A stretch of DNA of 64,000 nt from Polyangiaceae bacterium (GTDB taxonomy: Bacteria; Myxococcota_A; Polyangia; Polyangiales; Polyangiaceae), in contig JBILLK010000007.1 of the NCBI GenBank assembly GCA_044376115.1, forward strand, positions 288,001 to 352,000, in the 5' to 3' direction. Below the pieces are notes generated by a model. It saw only the letters and a list, made by a program, of their open reading frames with translations. It had not been told where the DNA came from and did not search any database. Positions within the stretch are counted from its first letter, which is position 1, and the number at the start of each line of letters is the position of its first letter. Below, in pieces: positions 19,568 to 30,137 of the stretch. A program made the translations under genes and the position numbers.

Positions 19568-21019
19568 ATGAGCTTGCGCCGCCTTTCAGCTTTGGGCCTT
19601 TCCCTCCTCATCGGTTGCAGTCACGAGGGAGCTACTCCTGTTGCAACTCCTGCCGACCCAGTCCTCACGACTGTGGCAACGAACGCCCCGGAGGGCGCTC
19701 CCGTCACCCTGGCTGTGAGCACGGACAGCTCAAACAGCCTGGTGCTCGCGGATCAGTCGAGCGAGCTCATCGTGCGTGTGCGCGTCACAGGGCTCGCTCT
19801 TCAAACTGCGGCGCGCCCGCCGATCAACCTGGCCTTGGTGGTGGATACCTCCGGGTCGATGGAAGGGCCCGAACTCGAACGCGAACGCGAGGCTGTACAG
19901 ACGCTGGTCGAGCACTTGCGCGATGGCGACGCGCTTTCGATCGTCACCTTTGGCTCGCGAGCGGAGCTGCTCGTGCCGGCGACGCGGCTCGATGCGACTG
20001 CTCGAACCAAGGTCAAGGCCGCGCTGCGAGCGATGCGGGCCTCCGGCACGACCGATCTCGCAGCAGGGCTCCAACTCGGGTTGGTCGAGGCTCAGAAGCT
20101 GCGCGTGGCTGACGGCATCAACCGCGTGGTGCTGGTCGGGGACGGCGTTCCCAATGACGCGTCGCCGGTGCCCGGGCTGATCGCGCAGGCCAAGCAACAG
20201 GCCCTGCCGATCACCACGCTCGGACTCGGCGCAGACTTCGACGAGACGCTGATGGCGCAGGTTGCTCGTGACTCGGGTGGTAGCTTTCATTTCGTCGACA
20301 CAGCGGCGCGCGTTTCCAAGGTTTTTGACGAGGAACTCGGCCGCATGCAGCGGGTGGCCGCCAACAACACCCGTGTGCAGGTTACGCCCGGTCCGGGCGT
20401 CGAGATCGTGGAGGTGATCGGGCAGCCGCAGGCAGTTCGCAGCTCGCGTGGGGTTAGCTTCTCGTTGGGGGCGCTCGCCGAGGGGCAAACGCGCGATACC
20501 TTTGTGCGTGTGAAGGTCAGTCCCCACAAGGCGGGGCGTACCGTGGAGTTGATGGACGTCGTTGCGCTCTACGTCCCGACGTCGCGCCAACAAGAAGTGG
20601 TTGTCACCGACTTTGAATCGGTGCGCTCGACGAGTGATGCCGGCGCGTTGGTCGAGAGCCAAAATCCCGAGGTCGGTCGGGAGTCAGCCCGCGCTCGGGT
20701 CGCCGACGGTATTGTTCAGGCGATCGCTATGGCGCGCGGAGGGAATCTCGCTGGGGCTCGCGGTCTTCTCGATCGGACTAGTCGGCTTGCGCGCGAGGAA
20801 GGCAAGCGACTGGACGATGTTGCGCTCAGCGACAAGGCCAAGGAGGTGCTGGCGCTCAAGTCCACGCTCGCGAGCTTGGCGCCCGCACCGCAACCGACTG
20901 CGCCGGCGCAAGGGGGTATCCCCCAAGCCAAGCCCAGCGCTGCCCCCATGCAACCAGAGGCTGCGATGGCGATGCGGCGAACCCATGGGGACGCGATGGA
21001 GACGCTGCAGGGCCTCTAG
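19568..21019 (+). CDS. VWA-domain lipoprotein (YfbK/Ca-activated chloride channel homolog-like)
   Basis: Lipobox LIGC, MIDAS DTSGSM, GTTDL, VGDG and TLGLG. Confidence 0.85.
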   Translation: MSLRRLSALGLSLLIGCSHEGATPVATPADPVLTTVATNAPEGAPVTLAVSTDSSNSLVLADQSSELIVRVRVTGLALQTAARPPINLALVVDTSGSMEGPELEREREAVQTLVEHLRDGDALSIVTFGSRAELLVPATRLDATARTKVKAALRAMRASGTTDLAAGLQLGLVEAQKLRVADGINRVVLVGDGVPNDASPVPGLIAQAKQQALPITTLGLGADFDETLMAQVARDSGGSFHFVDTAARVSKVFDEELGRMQRVAANNTRVQVTPGPGVEIVEVIGQPQAVRSSRGVSFSLGALAEGQTRDTFVRVKVSPHKAGRTVELMDVVALYVPTSRQQEVVVTDFESVRSTSDAGALVESQNPEVGRESARARVADGIVQAIAMARGGNLAGARGLLDRTSRLAREEGKRLDDVALSDKAKEVLALKSTLASLAPAPQPTAPAQGGIPQAKPSAAPMQPEAAMAMRRTHGDAMETLQGL

Positions 21020-21994
21020 CTAACGGCGCGGCTTTTCACCCGGCGCGAGCGTCGGCCTGTCGTAGGCGCAGCGAAAACCGCGAAAGCTGCGTCTGGCACC
21101 GGGGAAATCGTGACCGCGTGAAGCGGCGCGCAGCCATGGGCTCGCGTGCAAGTAGCTGCCTCCGCGTGTCACGCGCTCATCGCCATTGTTGGGCCCCTTT
21201 GGATTGGTGAGTGGGCCGTCGCCATAGGCGTCGAACCAATCCGCCACCCACTCCTCGACGTTGCCTGCCATGTCCAAGAGGCCCGAGGCGGTCCGACCGC
21301 GGGGAAAGCTGCCCGGTGGAGCAAGCTCCAAAAAACCGTCTCTCTCCTCGAACGGATCGATCGCATACCGACCGCCGTTGGCCAAGAACAGATTCCAGAC
21401 GTTGCCCCATGGGTAGCGGTGGTTCTTGAGTCCGCGGGCCGCGCGCTCCCACTCCGCCTCGGTGGGAAGCCTTCCACCGGCGAACTTGCAAAAGGTGACG
21501 GCGTCTTGAAACGTCACCATGGTCACCGGCAAGTCGGCTGCGTTGAAGCGGCCGCCGCCGGCGTCGGTGGGGCGTTTGCCGCAGGGACCTGCTTCCACAC
21601 AGCGCTCATACTGCGCAACGGTGACTTCGTGCGTGTCGAGCTCAAAAGCAGAAACGAACACCTCGTGAACAGGAAACTCGTCGGCGAAGACCTCCTCTTG
21701 GCACAAGCAGCGGGCGCTGAGGGCATCGCAGGTCCGACCGCCGGGCTGAGCTCGACACGTGGCGACGGCGGTGACGATCTCGCCGATGTCCGAGCCCATC
21801 TGAAAGCTGCCGGCTGGAATGAGCACCTTGCTCACCGCCGGCGCACGTAACGTCGTCACCGTGCTGCGTTTAGTGACGCGGATCTTGCGCTGGCCGGCGC
21901 TGCTCGCGAGCGACGAAAAGCCTAGCGTCAGCGAGACCGCCAGCGCGACAAGTAGCGCTGTCCGTCGGCTCGGCCGACGAGGCAGCGCCTTCAT
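21020..21994 (-). CDS. FGE-sulfatase (SUMF1/EgtB/PvdO-like) domain exported protein
   Basis: GSFQMG, EVTVAQY, RLPTEAEWERAARG, DMAGNVEEWVAD, RGGSY and GFRC. ATGA overlap with the pdhC stop. Confidence 0.88.
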   Translation of the reverse strand: MKALPRRPSRRTALLVALAVSLTLGFSSLASSAGQRKIRVTKRSTVTTLRAPAVSKVLIPAGSFQMGSDIGEIVTAVATCRAQPGGRTCDALSARCLCQEEVFADEFPVHEVFVSAFELDTHEVTVAQYERCVEAGPCGKRPTDAGGGRFNAADLPVTMVTFQDAVTFCKFAGGRLPTEAEWERAARGLKNHRYPWGNVWNLFLANGGRYAIDPFEERDGFLELAPPGSFPRGRTASGLLDMAGNVEEWVADWFDAYGDGPLTNPKGPNNGDERVTRGGSYLHASPWLRAASRGHDFPGARRSFRGFRCAYDRPTLAPGEKPRR

Positions 21995-23283
21995 GCGACC
22001 AAGATCTGCGTCGGATTCTCCAGAATGCTGCGCAGTGCCTTGAGGAAGGTGGCTCCTACCGCGCCGTCGATTACGCGATGATCGCACGACAGCGTCATCG
22101 CCAACTTTCGACCCGGGACCACCGCTTCACCCACGACCACCGGCTCGCGCCGCACTTGGCCCACCGCAAGGATCGCCCCTTCGGGAGGATTGATCACGGC
22201 GGAGAACTCGTCGATGCCGAACATACCGAGGTTGGAAATGCTGAACGTACCGTTCATCATTTCCTCGGGCTTGAGCTTCTTGTCGCGAGCGCGGGCCGCG
22301 AGGTCTCTGACTTCATCGGCGATCGCTAGCAGGCTCTTTTGGTCGGCGTTGCGGACCACCGGTGTCACGAGCCCGTCCTCGACTGCGACGGCGATCGAAA
22401 GATCGACGCGGCGGTGCACGAGGATGGCGGACTCGGTGAACTGCGCGTTGCAGGTGGGCACCCGCACGAGCGCGATGGCCACCGCGCGTACGATCAGATC
22501 GTTGAGGCTGACCTTGAGCGGCTCCACGCCTTTGCCAGCGCTGGCCGCGAGATCCGCGTTGATCTGTTCGCGAAGCGCGACCAGCCGGCCCGCGTCGATG
22601 TCGATCGTCAGATAGAAGTGAGGCACCGTCTGCTTCGACTCGGTCAGCCTTCGCGCGATGGTCTTGCGCATCATGCTGAGCGGCCGAACTTCGGGCTCTG
22701 CCAAGGGACCGCCCTCATTGCGACGCGCTGCGGAGCCGGCTGCTGCTTGTGGAGCGGCTGTTGCCTGGGGAGCGGCAACGGCCGTTGGTGCGCCCTCGAG
22801 ATCGCGCGCGATGATCCGCCCGTGCGGCCCAGTCCCGCGTACCCGCGCCAGATCGACGTTCTGCTCGCGGGCGACTTTGCGGACGTACGGGCTGGCGCGC
22901 AGCCTCCCAGAGGAGGGCTCCGCTGCAGCCGGCGCAGACGCAGCGGGAGCTTCGGCAGGCGCTGCGGCCGGCGCGGATTTGGCGGGCGCTGTTGCACCGG
23001 GGGCGGCCGGGGCCGAGCCGCCGGCAAGCGCGCTCACGTCTTCACCTTTGGCTCCGACGATGCACACCGGCTGACCGAGCTTCACGAGCGAACCGGCCGG
23101 CGCCAAGATCTTCAGTAGGACGCCGCTGTCGAAGGAGCGAAACTCCATCGTCGCTTTGTCGGTTTCTACCTCGGCTAGCAGCTCGTCAACGACGACAGCG
23201 TCGCCCTCGTTCTTGTGCCAGGTACTGATCTGACCCTCCTCCATCGTGGGGGAGAGCTTCGGCATATCGACGACTTTGGCCAT
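21991..23283 (-). CDS. pdhC: Pyruvate dehydrogenase E2, dihydrolipoamide acetyltransferase
   Basis: Lipoyl domain MPKLSPTM...VETDKA, E3-binding ASPYVRK...GTGPHGRI, and catalytic DHRVIDG. Confidence 0.96.
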   Translation of the reverse strand: MAKVVDMPKLSPTMEEGQISTWHKNEGDAVVVDELLAEVETDKATMEFRSFDSGVLLKILAPAGSLVKLGQPVCIVGAKGEDVSALAGGSAPAAPGATAPAKSAPAAAPAEAPAASAPAAAEPSSGRLRASPYVRKVAREQNVDLARVRGTGPHGRIIARDLEGAPTAVAAPQATAAPQAAAGSAARRNEGGPLAEPEVRPLSMMRKTIARRLTESKQTVPHFYLTIDIDAGRLVALREQINADLAASAGKGVEPLKVSLNDLIVRAVAIALVRVPTCNAQFTESAILVHRRVDLSIAVAVEDGLVTPVVRNADQKSLLAIADEVRDLAARARDKKLKPEEMMNGTFSISNLGMFGIDEFSAVINPPEGAILAVGQVRREPVVVGEAVVPGRKLAMTLSCDHRVIDGAVGATFLKALRSILENPTQILVA

Positions 23284-24284
23284 TAGGCGCTCCTGTAACA
23301 GACCTGTTTTGCCGCCTCTACGATGCGCGGAGCCTGCGGGATCACGTACTGCTCGAGGTTGGCGTTGTACGGCATGGGCACGTCGCGCGTGGTGACGCGC
23401 AGAATCGGAGCATCGAGGTCGTCGAACGCCAGCCGCTGAATGCGATCGACGATCTCCGCTCCTACGCCGCCGTAGGGCCAGCCCTCATAGGCGACGACGG
23501 CGCGATGGGTCTTCCTCACGCTCTCCACCAACGTCTCCTCATCAAGCGGACGCAGACTGCGCACGTCGATCACCTCGGCGGAGATTCCCTCCTTCTCGAG
23601 CGCTGCCGCTGCCTCGAGCGAGACGTGCACCAAGCGGCTCCAGGAGATGATGGTGACGTCGGTGCCGGGCTTGGCGACGCGCGCCTTGCCGAAGGGTACG
23701 ACGAATTCCGGGTCGACCGGGATGGTGCCTTTGAGGTTGTAGAGCGTCTCGCTCTCCATGAAGAGCACCGGGTCGTCGTCGCGGATCGCGCTCTTGATCA
23801 GGCCCTTGGCGTCTTCGCAGGTGGCAGGCGCCACGACCTTGAGGCCGGGTACGTGGGTGTAAAAGTGCTCCATCGCGTGGGAGTGTTGCGCTGCGACCTG
23901 GCGAGCCGAGCCATTGGGGGCTCGCAACACGATCGGAACATGCAGCTGGCCGCCGGACATTTGCCGCATCTTGGCTGCGTTGTTGAGGATCTGATCGAAG
24001 GCCACGGCCGAGAAGTTCCAGGTCATGTACTCGACGATCGGGCGCAAGCCGACCATGGCCGCTCCAATCGAAATGCCGGTGAAGCCGCTCTCGGTAATGG
24101 GCGCGTCAATCACGCGTTTGGTACCGAACTTCTCGAGCATGCCCTCGGTCACCTTGTAGGCGCCTTGGTAGTAGCCCACCTCTTCTCCGACGATGAACAC
24201 GCGCTCGTCGCGCTCCATCTCCTCGATCATCCCCTGACGGATGGCCTCGCGAAAGCGAACCTCGCGAACTTGCTCAGCGCTCAT
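23283..24284 (-). CDS. pdhB: Pyruvate dehydrogenase E1 beta subunit
   Basis: GEEVGYYQGAYKVT, DAPITE and AAQHSH. TAATG overlap with pdhC. Confidence 0.96.
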   Translation of the reverse strand: MSAEQVREVRFREAIRQGMIEEMERDERVFIVGEEVGYYQGAYKVTEGMLEKFGTKRVIDAPITESGFTGISIGAAMVGLRPIVEYMTWNFSAVAFDQILNNAAKMRQMSGGQLHVPIVLRAPNGSARQVAAQHSHAMEHFYTHVPGLKVVAPATCEDAKGLIKSAIRDDDPVLFMESETLYNLKGTIPVDPEFVVPFGKARVAKPGTDVTIISWSRLVHVSLEAAAALEKEGISAEVIDVRSLRPLDEETLVESVRKTHRAVVAYEGWPYGGVGAEIVDRIQRLAFDDLDAPILRVTTRDVPMPYNANLEQYVIPQAPRIVEAAKQVCYRSA

Positions 24285-25246
24285 CGGGCGAACTCCCCTT
24301 TGTAGGTCGTGGCTTCGAGCAGCTCCGGACCAGGTTCCGGGCTCTCTTCGGCGAAGCGAATGGCGTCGCTGATCTCTTCTTCGACGGAGGCGTCGAGCGC
24401 CGCGAGCTGTTGCTCGAACCCGGCCGCCAGGAGCTCGTTGCGGCTCTTGAGCAGCGGGTCTTGCTGCTTCTTGGCGTCCACCTCAGCGGCGGTGCGGTAC
24501 TTGCCCGGGTCGCTCATCGAGTGTCCGCGGAACCTGTAGGTGCGGATCTCGATCAAGGTGGGCTCGGAGTTTTCACGGGCGCGCTTGACGGCTTCCGCTA
24601 GCCGATCGCGGATCTGCAGGATGTGTTCGGCGAAGAAGCGATCCGAGGCCATCCCGTAGCCGGCAGCCCGCGCGGTCACGTCGGGCACCTTGAGCGTGCG
24701 TTCGAGCGGGGTGCCCATCGAGTACTCGTTGTTCTCGCAGATGAACACGATCGGCAGTTGCCATAAGCCGGCCAAACACATGGCCTCATGAGCGTCTCCG
24801 ATGCTGGCCGCCCCTTCACCGAAGAAGCAAAACGTTACTCGACCATCGCCGCGATACTTCGACGCGAAGGCCGTCCCCGCGGCGATCGGTAGATGCCCAC
24901 CGACGATGCCGTAGCCGCCGAGCATGTTGTTGGCGACATCGAAGAAATGCATCGAGCCGCCCAGGCCCTTCGAGCAGCCGGTCACTTTGCCGTAGAGCTC
25001 GGCCATCGCCGAGCGCGCGCTCATACCGCGAGCGAGCGCCAGCCCGTGATCGCGATAGGTGGTGATGACGTAGTCATCCTTCTGCAGCGCCGCGTGCGTC
25101 GCAGCGGCGATCGCCTCTTGGCCGATGTAGAGGTGAAGGAAGCCGCCGATCTTGCCCTGGGCATAGGCTCGGGCCGCTTCTTCCTCGAAGCGGCGGATCT
25201 GCTGCATTTGGCGGTAGTATTCGAGATGGGTGGCGTGGTCGGTCAC
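24281..25246 (-). CDS. pdhA: Pyruvate dehydrogenase E1 alpha subunit
   Basis: GFLHLYIGQEA, YRDH, GGSMH, GEGA...ENN and YRFRGHSMSDP. Confidence 0.96.
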   Translation of the reverse strand: MTDHATHLEYYRQMQQIRRFEEEAARAYAQGKIGGFLHLYIGQEAIAAATHAALQKDDYVITTYRDHGLALARGMSARSAMAELYGKVTGCSKGLGGSMHFFDVANNMLGGYGIVGGHLPIAAGTAFASKYRGDGRVTFCFFGEGAASIGDAHEAMCLAGLWQLPIVFICENNEYSMGTPLERTLKVPDVTARAAGYGMASDRFFAEHILQIRDRLAEAVKRARENSEPTLIEIRTYRFRGHSMSDPGKYRTAAEVDAKKQQDPLLKSRNELLAAGFEQQLAALDASVEEEISDAIRFAEESPEPGPELLEATTYKGEFAR

Positions 25247-25342
25247 TCGCGTCTCCGGGCCGGGTTGGGTTCGGCGGGGAGGGTAGAGGCGGCGGCTCCC
25301 GTTTGAAAGGGGGTCGCGCGCGAGAGGCCGCTTCGTTCGGGC

Positions 25343-26077
25343 TCAGCGCTTCGCGTCAACCAGCTGATCCCGCCATTCCAAGAGGTCAGCGCTGCTGCGT
25401 TCGAGCCCCGGATTTCGCCAAATTTCGGTCAAGGCGGGCCCCAGACCGACCCTTGGATGCGGCCTCACATATTGAAGTGTGACGGCCATCGCGACATCGG
25501 CAAAACTGAAACCCCCGCCGCAGAGATAACGACCACCCGCGCGTTGCAACGCGGCTCGCAGCTTCGCGAGCCCTGCTTCAATGGTGGCCTCGGCCTGTGC
25601 GCCAGACACATTGTTGACCTGGTGCTTGCTGCCCAGGAACTTGGTTGCGAGGCGCGCCATCGGCTTCATCGTACTGGCAAAGCGATTGAGCGGCGCCGGC
25701 ACCGACTCTGCGAGCGCTGCGTCACTGCCGAGCAGCCGACGAACCAGCTCAGCTCGGCCAGCGTTCATCATGCTCTCTGCGGTCTCTTCCCACTGCTCGA
25801 TCTCGATCGCGAAGCCAGGCGGAAAGAGCGGTTCCCCGCGGCCTGTTCGCTCCGCAAAGCGCGCGATCGCCCCGGAGTCGGTCAAGCTCTCTGCGCCGGT
25901 GACCAACATTGGCACGGTGGGTTTCACGAACGGGCGTCGACTCGCGAGCCGCACCACGGGCTCGAACACCAGCGGCAGGTGCTCGACCGGGCGGTAGTCA
26001 ATCTGGTGGTGGTCGAGCGCCCAACGGGCTTTCTCGCTCCACGGCGACTGCGAGAGGTAGAAGAGCACCGGCCTCAT
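25343..26077 (-). CDS. Glutathione S-transferase family protein
   Basis: SPWSEKARWALDH, TVPML, DSGAIA and FSFAD. ATGA overlap with pgi. Confidence 0.8.
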   Translation of the reverse strand: MRPVLFYLSQSPWSEKARWALDHHQIDYRPVEHLPLVFEPVVRLASRRPFVKPTVPMLVTGAESLTDSGAIARFAERTGRGEPLFPPGFAIEIEQWEETAESMMNAGRAELVRRLLGSDAALAESVPAPLNRFASTMKPMARLATKFLGSKHQVNNVSGAQAEATIEAGLAKLRAALQRAGGRYLCGGGFSFADVAMAVTLQYVRPHPRVGLGPALTEIWRNPGLERSSADLLEWRDQLVDAKR

Positions 26078-27738
26078 TGCGCGAGACCTCGTCGGCGTCG
26101 AACCTCTTCGATCAAGGCCGTCGTCGAGCCGTCATGTGCACCGGCTTTGGCGCCGGACTCGAGCTCCGGCAGGATCTTGTTGGCTAGCTGTTTGCCCAGC
26201 TCAACGCCCCATTGGTCGAACGAGTTGAGGCCCAACACCGAACCCATCACGAAGATGCGGTGTTCATACAGGGCGATCAACGCGCCAAGCGTGCGAGCGT
26301 CGAGCTTGTCGTAGAGGAAGAAATTCGAAGGGCGGTTGCCGGTGAAGGCCTTCTGTTTGGCTAGCAGCGCCTTGCGTTCCTCGGGCATCGAAGAGTTTGC
26401 GAGTTCTGCCAGCGCCTCGGCCTCGGTCTTACCGCGCATCAGCGCCTCGGCCTGAGCTAGGACGTTGGAGAGCAGCAGGGTGTGATGACGGCCGAGCGGG
26501 TTGTGGGTGTTGGCGGCTACCAGAAAATCACACGAGACGAGCCGCGTGCCTTGGTGAATCAATTGGTAGAACGCGTGCTGACCGTTGGTCCCCGGCTCAC
26601 CGAAGAGTACCGGCCCCGAGTCGGTTCCAAGGCTGTCCCCGTCGGCGCGCAAGCCTTTGCCGTTGCTCTCCATATCGGCTTGCTGCAAGTAGGCCGCAAA
26701 GCGGTGCAGATATTGATCGTAGGGGAGGACCGCGTGCGCGCCGATGTTCCAGAAGTTGGCATTCCAAATGCCGATTAGCCCGAGCAAGAGCGGCAGGTTC
26801 TCCTCGGGTGGTGCCGAACGGAAATGCTCGTCCACCAGGTACGCGCCCTCGAGCAGCTGCTCGAAGGCATCCATCCCAATCGCGATCGCGATCGAAAGTC
26901 CGATGCTCGACCAAAGCGAGTAGCGGCCGCCGACCCAGTCCCAGAACGCGAACATGTTCTCCTTCGCGATGCCGAAGGCGGTGACCTCTTGCTCGTTGGT
27001 CGAGAGCGCGAAGAAGTGCTTGGCGACGTGTCGTTCGTCTTTGGCGCGTTCGAGGAACCATGCGCGAGCCGAGCGTGCGTTCTCCAGCGTCTCCTGGGTG
27101 GTGAAGGTCTTGGACGCCACCAAGAAGAGCGTGGTCTCGGGATCGAGCGTACGCAGCGCTTCACTGAGGTGAGTCCCGTCGACGTTGGACACGAAGTGCG
27201 CGCGCAGCCCCGCCTGCGTGTACGGCGCGAGGGCCTCGACCACCATCACCGGGCCGAGGTCGGAGCCGCCGATTCCGATATTGACGACGTCGGTGATGCG
27301 CTTGCCGCTGAAGCCCGTGTGAGCTCCGGAACGAATCGCCTCGGAGGCTGTGCGCATGTGAGCCAAGGCGTCACGCACGAGCGGCATCACGTCCTCACCG
27401 TCCACGTGAACCGGACGCGCGGAGCGATTGCGCAGGGCCGTATGCAGCACCGCGCGATCCTCGGTCGTGTTGATGCGCTCACCGGCGAACATGCGGTCGC
27501 GGTGGCTGAGCACGCCAGCGTCTCGAGCGAGCTCGAGCAGCAGGTTGAAGCTCGTCTCGTCGACACGTTGTTTTGAGAAGTCGAGCAACAATGACCCGCT
27601 TTGTCCCAGCGGCAAACGGCGCGAGAAACGCTCAAAACGAGCTGCGTCCTGTTCGAACAAGCTGCGCATGCTGGTGGCTTCAGCAGCTGACTTTGCGTTC
27701 TCGAGGCGCGCCCAGATCGGTAGCTCGGTCACTCGCAT
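26074..27738 (-). CDS. pgi: Glucose-6-phosphate isomerase
   Basis: GIGGSDLGP, SKTFTTQET, WVGGRYSLWS, GTNGQHAFYQ and FDQWGVELGK. Confidence 0.98.
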   Translation of the reverse strand: MRVTELPIWARLENAKSAAEATSMRSLFEQDAARFERFSRRLPLGQSGSLLLDFSKQRVDETSFNLLLELARDAGVLSHRDRMFAGERINTTEDRAVLHTALRNRSARPVHVDGEDVMPLVRDALAHMRTASEAIRSGAHTGFSGKRITDVVNIGIGGSDLGPVMVVEALAPYTQAGLRAHFVSNVDGTHLSEALRTLDPETTLFLVASKTFTTQETLENARSARAWFLERAKDERHVAKHFFALSTNEQEVTAFGIAKENMFAFWDWVGGRYSLWSSIGLSIAIAIGMDAFEQLLEGAYLVDEHFRSAPPEENLPLLLGLIGIWNANFWNIGAHAVLPYDQYLHRFAAYLQQADMESNGKGLRADGDSLGTDSGPVLFGEPGTNGQHAFYQLIHQGTRLVSCDFLVAANTHNPLGRHHTLLLSNVLAQAEALMRGKTEAEALAELANSSMPEERKALLAKQKAFTGNRPSNFFLYDKLDARTLGALIALYEHRIFVMGSVLGLNSFDQWGVELGKQLANKILPELESGAKAGAHDGSTTALIEEVRRRRGLAQ

Positions 27739-27771
27739 GGCTGCGCAGGCTAACCGTATCTGGGTAGTACG

Positions 27772-28080
27772 TCAGCCGTTCTTGGGCGTCTGATCGTCTT
27801 GGGCGTCCTCGACGTCCGAAGTCTCGTCATCAGCCTTCGGCTGGCAGGCCTTGCCGCTGCCCCCCGAAATGCCGTTGCAGTTTTCTCCAGCTTCGCAATC
27901 CGACTGCTGTTCGCAAACCCGCAAACAGTAGGCCTCCGAAGCAAAGCCGCTCACGCTGTCGCAGACCTCGTCCTCGGCGCACTCGCCGGAGTCCCCAATC
28001 GATTCACACGAGGCGCCCACGCTGCCGCCTGGATCGCTGCCACAGCCCACGGCCCAAAGTATCGATAGCAAGCCAAGCAT
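27772..28080 (-). CDS. Small Cys-rich putative lipoprotein (start uncertain)
   Basis: Lipobox AVGC followed by 8 further Cys in about 70 aa. Confidence 0.6.
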   Translation of the reverse strand: MLGLLSILWAVGCGSDPGGSVGASCESIGDSGECAEDEVCDSVSGFASEAYCLRVCEQQSDCEAGENCNGISGGSGKACQPKADDETSDVEDAQDDQTPKNG

Positions 28081-28331
28081 TTCGTTAACTTCATTGGTCA
28101 CGAGTGTCTCACGCTCGCGGCTGCACGCAAGCTGCTCGCTCGGCACGGCCCTCGCTTGTGAGCGAGCATGCGCCTAAGCTTTTTTCCGTCGTTCGGCGAA
28201 TTCCGCGGCAATCGGCTCGGCCCACCATTTGTGGCAGCGAAGCCGGCTACGCAGTTGGTCGAGGAGGCTTCGCGTTACGGGTCCACCCGCGAACTTGGGC
28301 GCGCAGCCGCAGGCGCAGTATCGTGAGCCCG

Positions 28332-29231
28332 ATGGTCGCTCGAAGAGTTGTTGGCGGCAGCCTCGATGGTCGCTCACAGACCTTTCCCTTCGCCACCCAG
28401 CGGCTGCCGTTGGTAGACGGAACGGTCGCGTACTTCGACCACGGCGAAGGTCCGGCCGTGTTGTTCGTTCACGGCTTGGTGGGGGACTTCACGCACTTCG
28501 AGCACGTGGCGATTCGCCTGGCCGACCAAGGCTATCGAGTGATTGGCTTGGATTTGCCTGGTTGCGGTGAGTCGCACAAGCGTCGCACGCAGCACTCGAT
28601 CGGCTCGTACGCGCGCGACGTGCTCGCATTGCTCGACGCGCTCGGCATCAAGGAGGCTTCGTTCGTCGGGCACTCGGCCGGCGGAGCCGTGGTTGCCGAG
28701 GTCGCGCACCGCGCGCCCAGCCGAGTGAAGCGGCTAGCGCTGCTCGCCTCAGCGGGCTTGCGTCGTTATCCGCGCGGGCTGGGCTCGTTGGCCCGTGTCA
28801 CGTTGCGTCCGTGGCTGCTCGAACGCACGCTCGAGCGGCTGGCCCTTCCGCTCCTGGACATGGTGCTGGTCGAGGACAATCAGTACACCCGCAAGTTCGT
28901 CGCCGATGCGCTCAATCGCCCGAGTCAGCCGGGCAGCGCCGAGATGGCTCGGGTAATGGCGGACCTCGTGCCCGAATTGGTGCGACCCACCGTCCTCGAA
29001 CGCGCCCATCGCTTCGAGCCGCCGGTGCTCGTTTTGTGGGGGGACGCAGACGGTTTGGTGCCGGCCTCGAGCGTCGCTGAGCTGCAATCGACGCTGCGCA
29101 AGCCCACCTTCGTTGAACTCAAGGGCTGCGGTCACATGCCGATGATCGAGCAGCCCGAACTCACGACGAAGGCGCTGCTCAGCTTCCTCGAGCCGGTCAG
29201 TGTGCCCGGTCGCCAAGGCCAAGCTGCGTGA
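28332..29231 (+). CDS. Alpha/beta-fold hydrolase
   Basis: FVHG, DLPGCG, GHSAGG nucleophile elbow, WGDAD and GHMP. Confidence 0.88.
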   Translation: MVARRVVGGSLDGRSQTFPFATQRLPLVDGTVAYFDHGEGPAVLFVHGLVGDFTHFEHVAIRLADQGYRVIGLDLPGCGESHKRRTQHSIGSYARDVLALLDALGIKEASFVGHSAGGAVVAEVAHRAPSRVKRLALLASAGLRRYPRGLGSLARVTLRPWLLERTLERLALPLLDMVLVEDNQYTRKFVADALNRPSQPGSAEMARVMADLVPELVRPTVLERAHRFEPPVLVLWGDADGLVPASSVAELQSTLRKPTFVELKGCGHMPMIEQPELTTKALLSFLEPVSVPGRQGQAA

Positions 29232-30048
29232 TACGCTGCGCCGCGTGCGCGACGACGAATTGCCCGAAATTTCGATGGACACGGTGCGAGCCTCGCACGC
29301 GGTGTGGTCGCGCATCGTTCGGGGCTACTTCCGCTCGACCGTGCGCGGGATGGAGAACATCCCGGACCGCCAGTGCCTCTTCGTCGCCCATCATGATGGT
29401 GGTGTTTTCCCGGTCAACGGGGTGTGTTTCGGCGTCGCGTGGTACGACCACTTCAAGTTTGAGCGCGGCCTCTACGTCCTGACGCACGACCTGATTCACA
29501 CGCTATTTCGGCCCTTCACCGAGCTGCTCCCGCGCTCCGGTTTGGTGCCCGCTGACCGCCAATGGATGGATCGCGTGGTGGAGAGCGGGCACGATTTGCT
29601 GGTGTTTCCGGGCGCAGCTCGCGAGACCTTCCGAACTTACTGGGAGCGCGAGCAGATCGATCTCGGGGGACGCACCGGCTTCATCAAGCAGGCGATGAAG
29701 CACAATCTACCGATCGTTCCGGTGGTGAGCGCCGGCTCCCACGAGACGCTGATTGTATTGCGGCGCGGTGCTCGTCTGGCCCGTTGGCTTGGGCTGCGCA
29801 AGGTCGTCCGCAGCGCCGATAACTTACCGCTATTGCTGGGACTGCCTTGGGGCATTTGGATCCTGCCTATTTTGCCGCAGTTTCCGTTGCCTGCCACCGT
29901 GACTACCCAGGTGCTAGCGCCTGTCTTCGTGGCCGGGGACCCGGAGGACGAGCTGGCGGTCAAAGCGGCGTTTGACCAGGTGCTCGGCGCGATGCAAAAG
30001 GCGCTTGCCGCGCTGTATGCCGAGCGGCGCTACCCGATCGTCGGTTGA
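29200..30048 (+). CDS. Lysophospholipid/diacylglycerol acyltransferase family protein (start uncertain)
   Basis: AHHDGG, VFPGAARE, RTGFIK and PIVPV. Confidence 0.8.
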   Translation: MCPVAKAKLRDTLRRVRDDELPEISMDTVRASHAVWSRIVRGYFRSTVRGMENIPDRQCLFVAHHDGGVFPVNGVCFGVAWYDHFKFERGLYVLTHDLIHTLFRPFTELLPRSGLVPADRQWMDRVVESGHDLLVFPGAARETFRTYWEREQIDLGGRTGFIKQAMKHNLPIVPVVSAGSHETLIVLRRGARLARWLGLRKVVRSADNLPLLLGLPWGIWILPILPQFPLPATVTTQVLAPVFVAGDPEDELAVKAAFDQVLGAMQKALAALYAERRYPIVG

Positions 30049-30137
30049 GCCGTGGGCTTTCGGTGAAGTACCCGGTCTAGGCTGCCTACGGCCGTTTCTC
30101 TCGAACGGGGCGCGAGTATGGTCTAGCCTGCGCGCCC

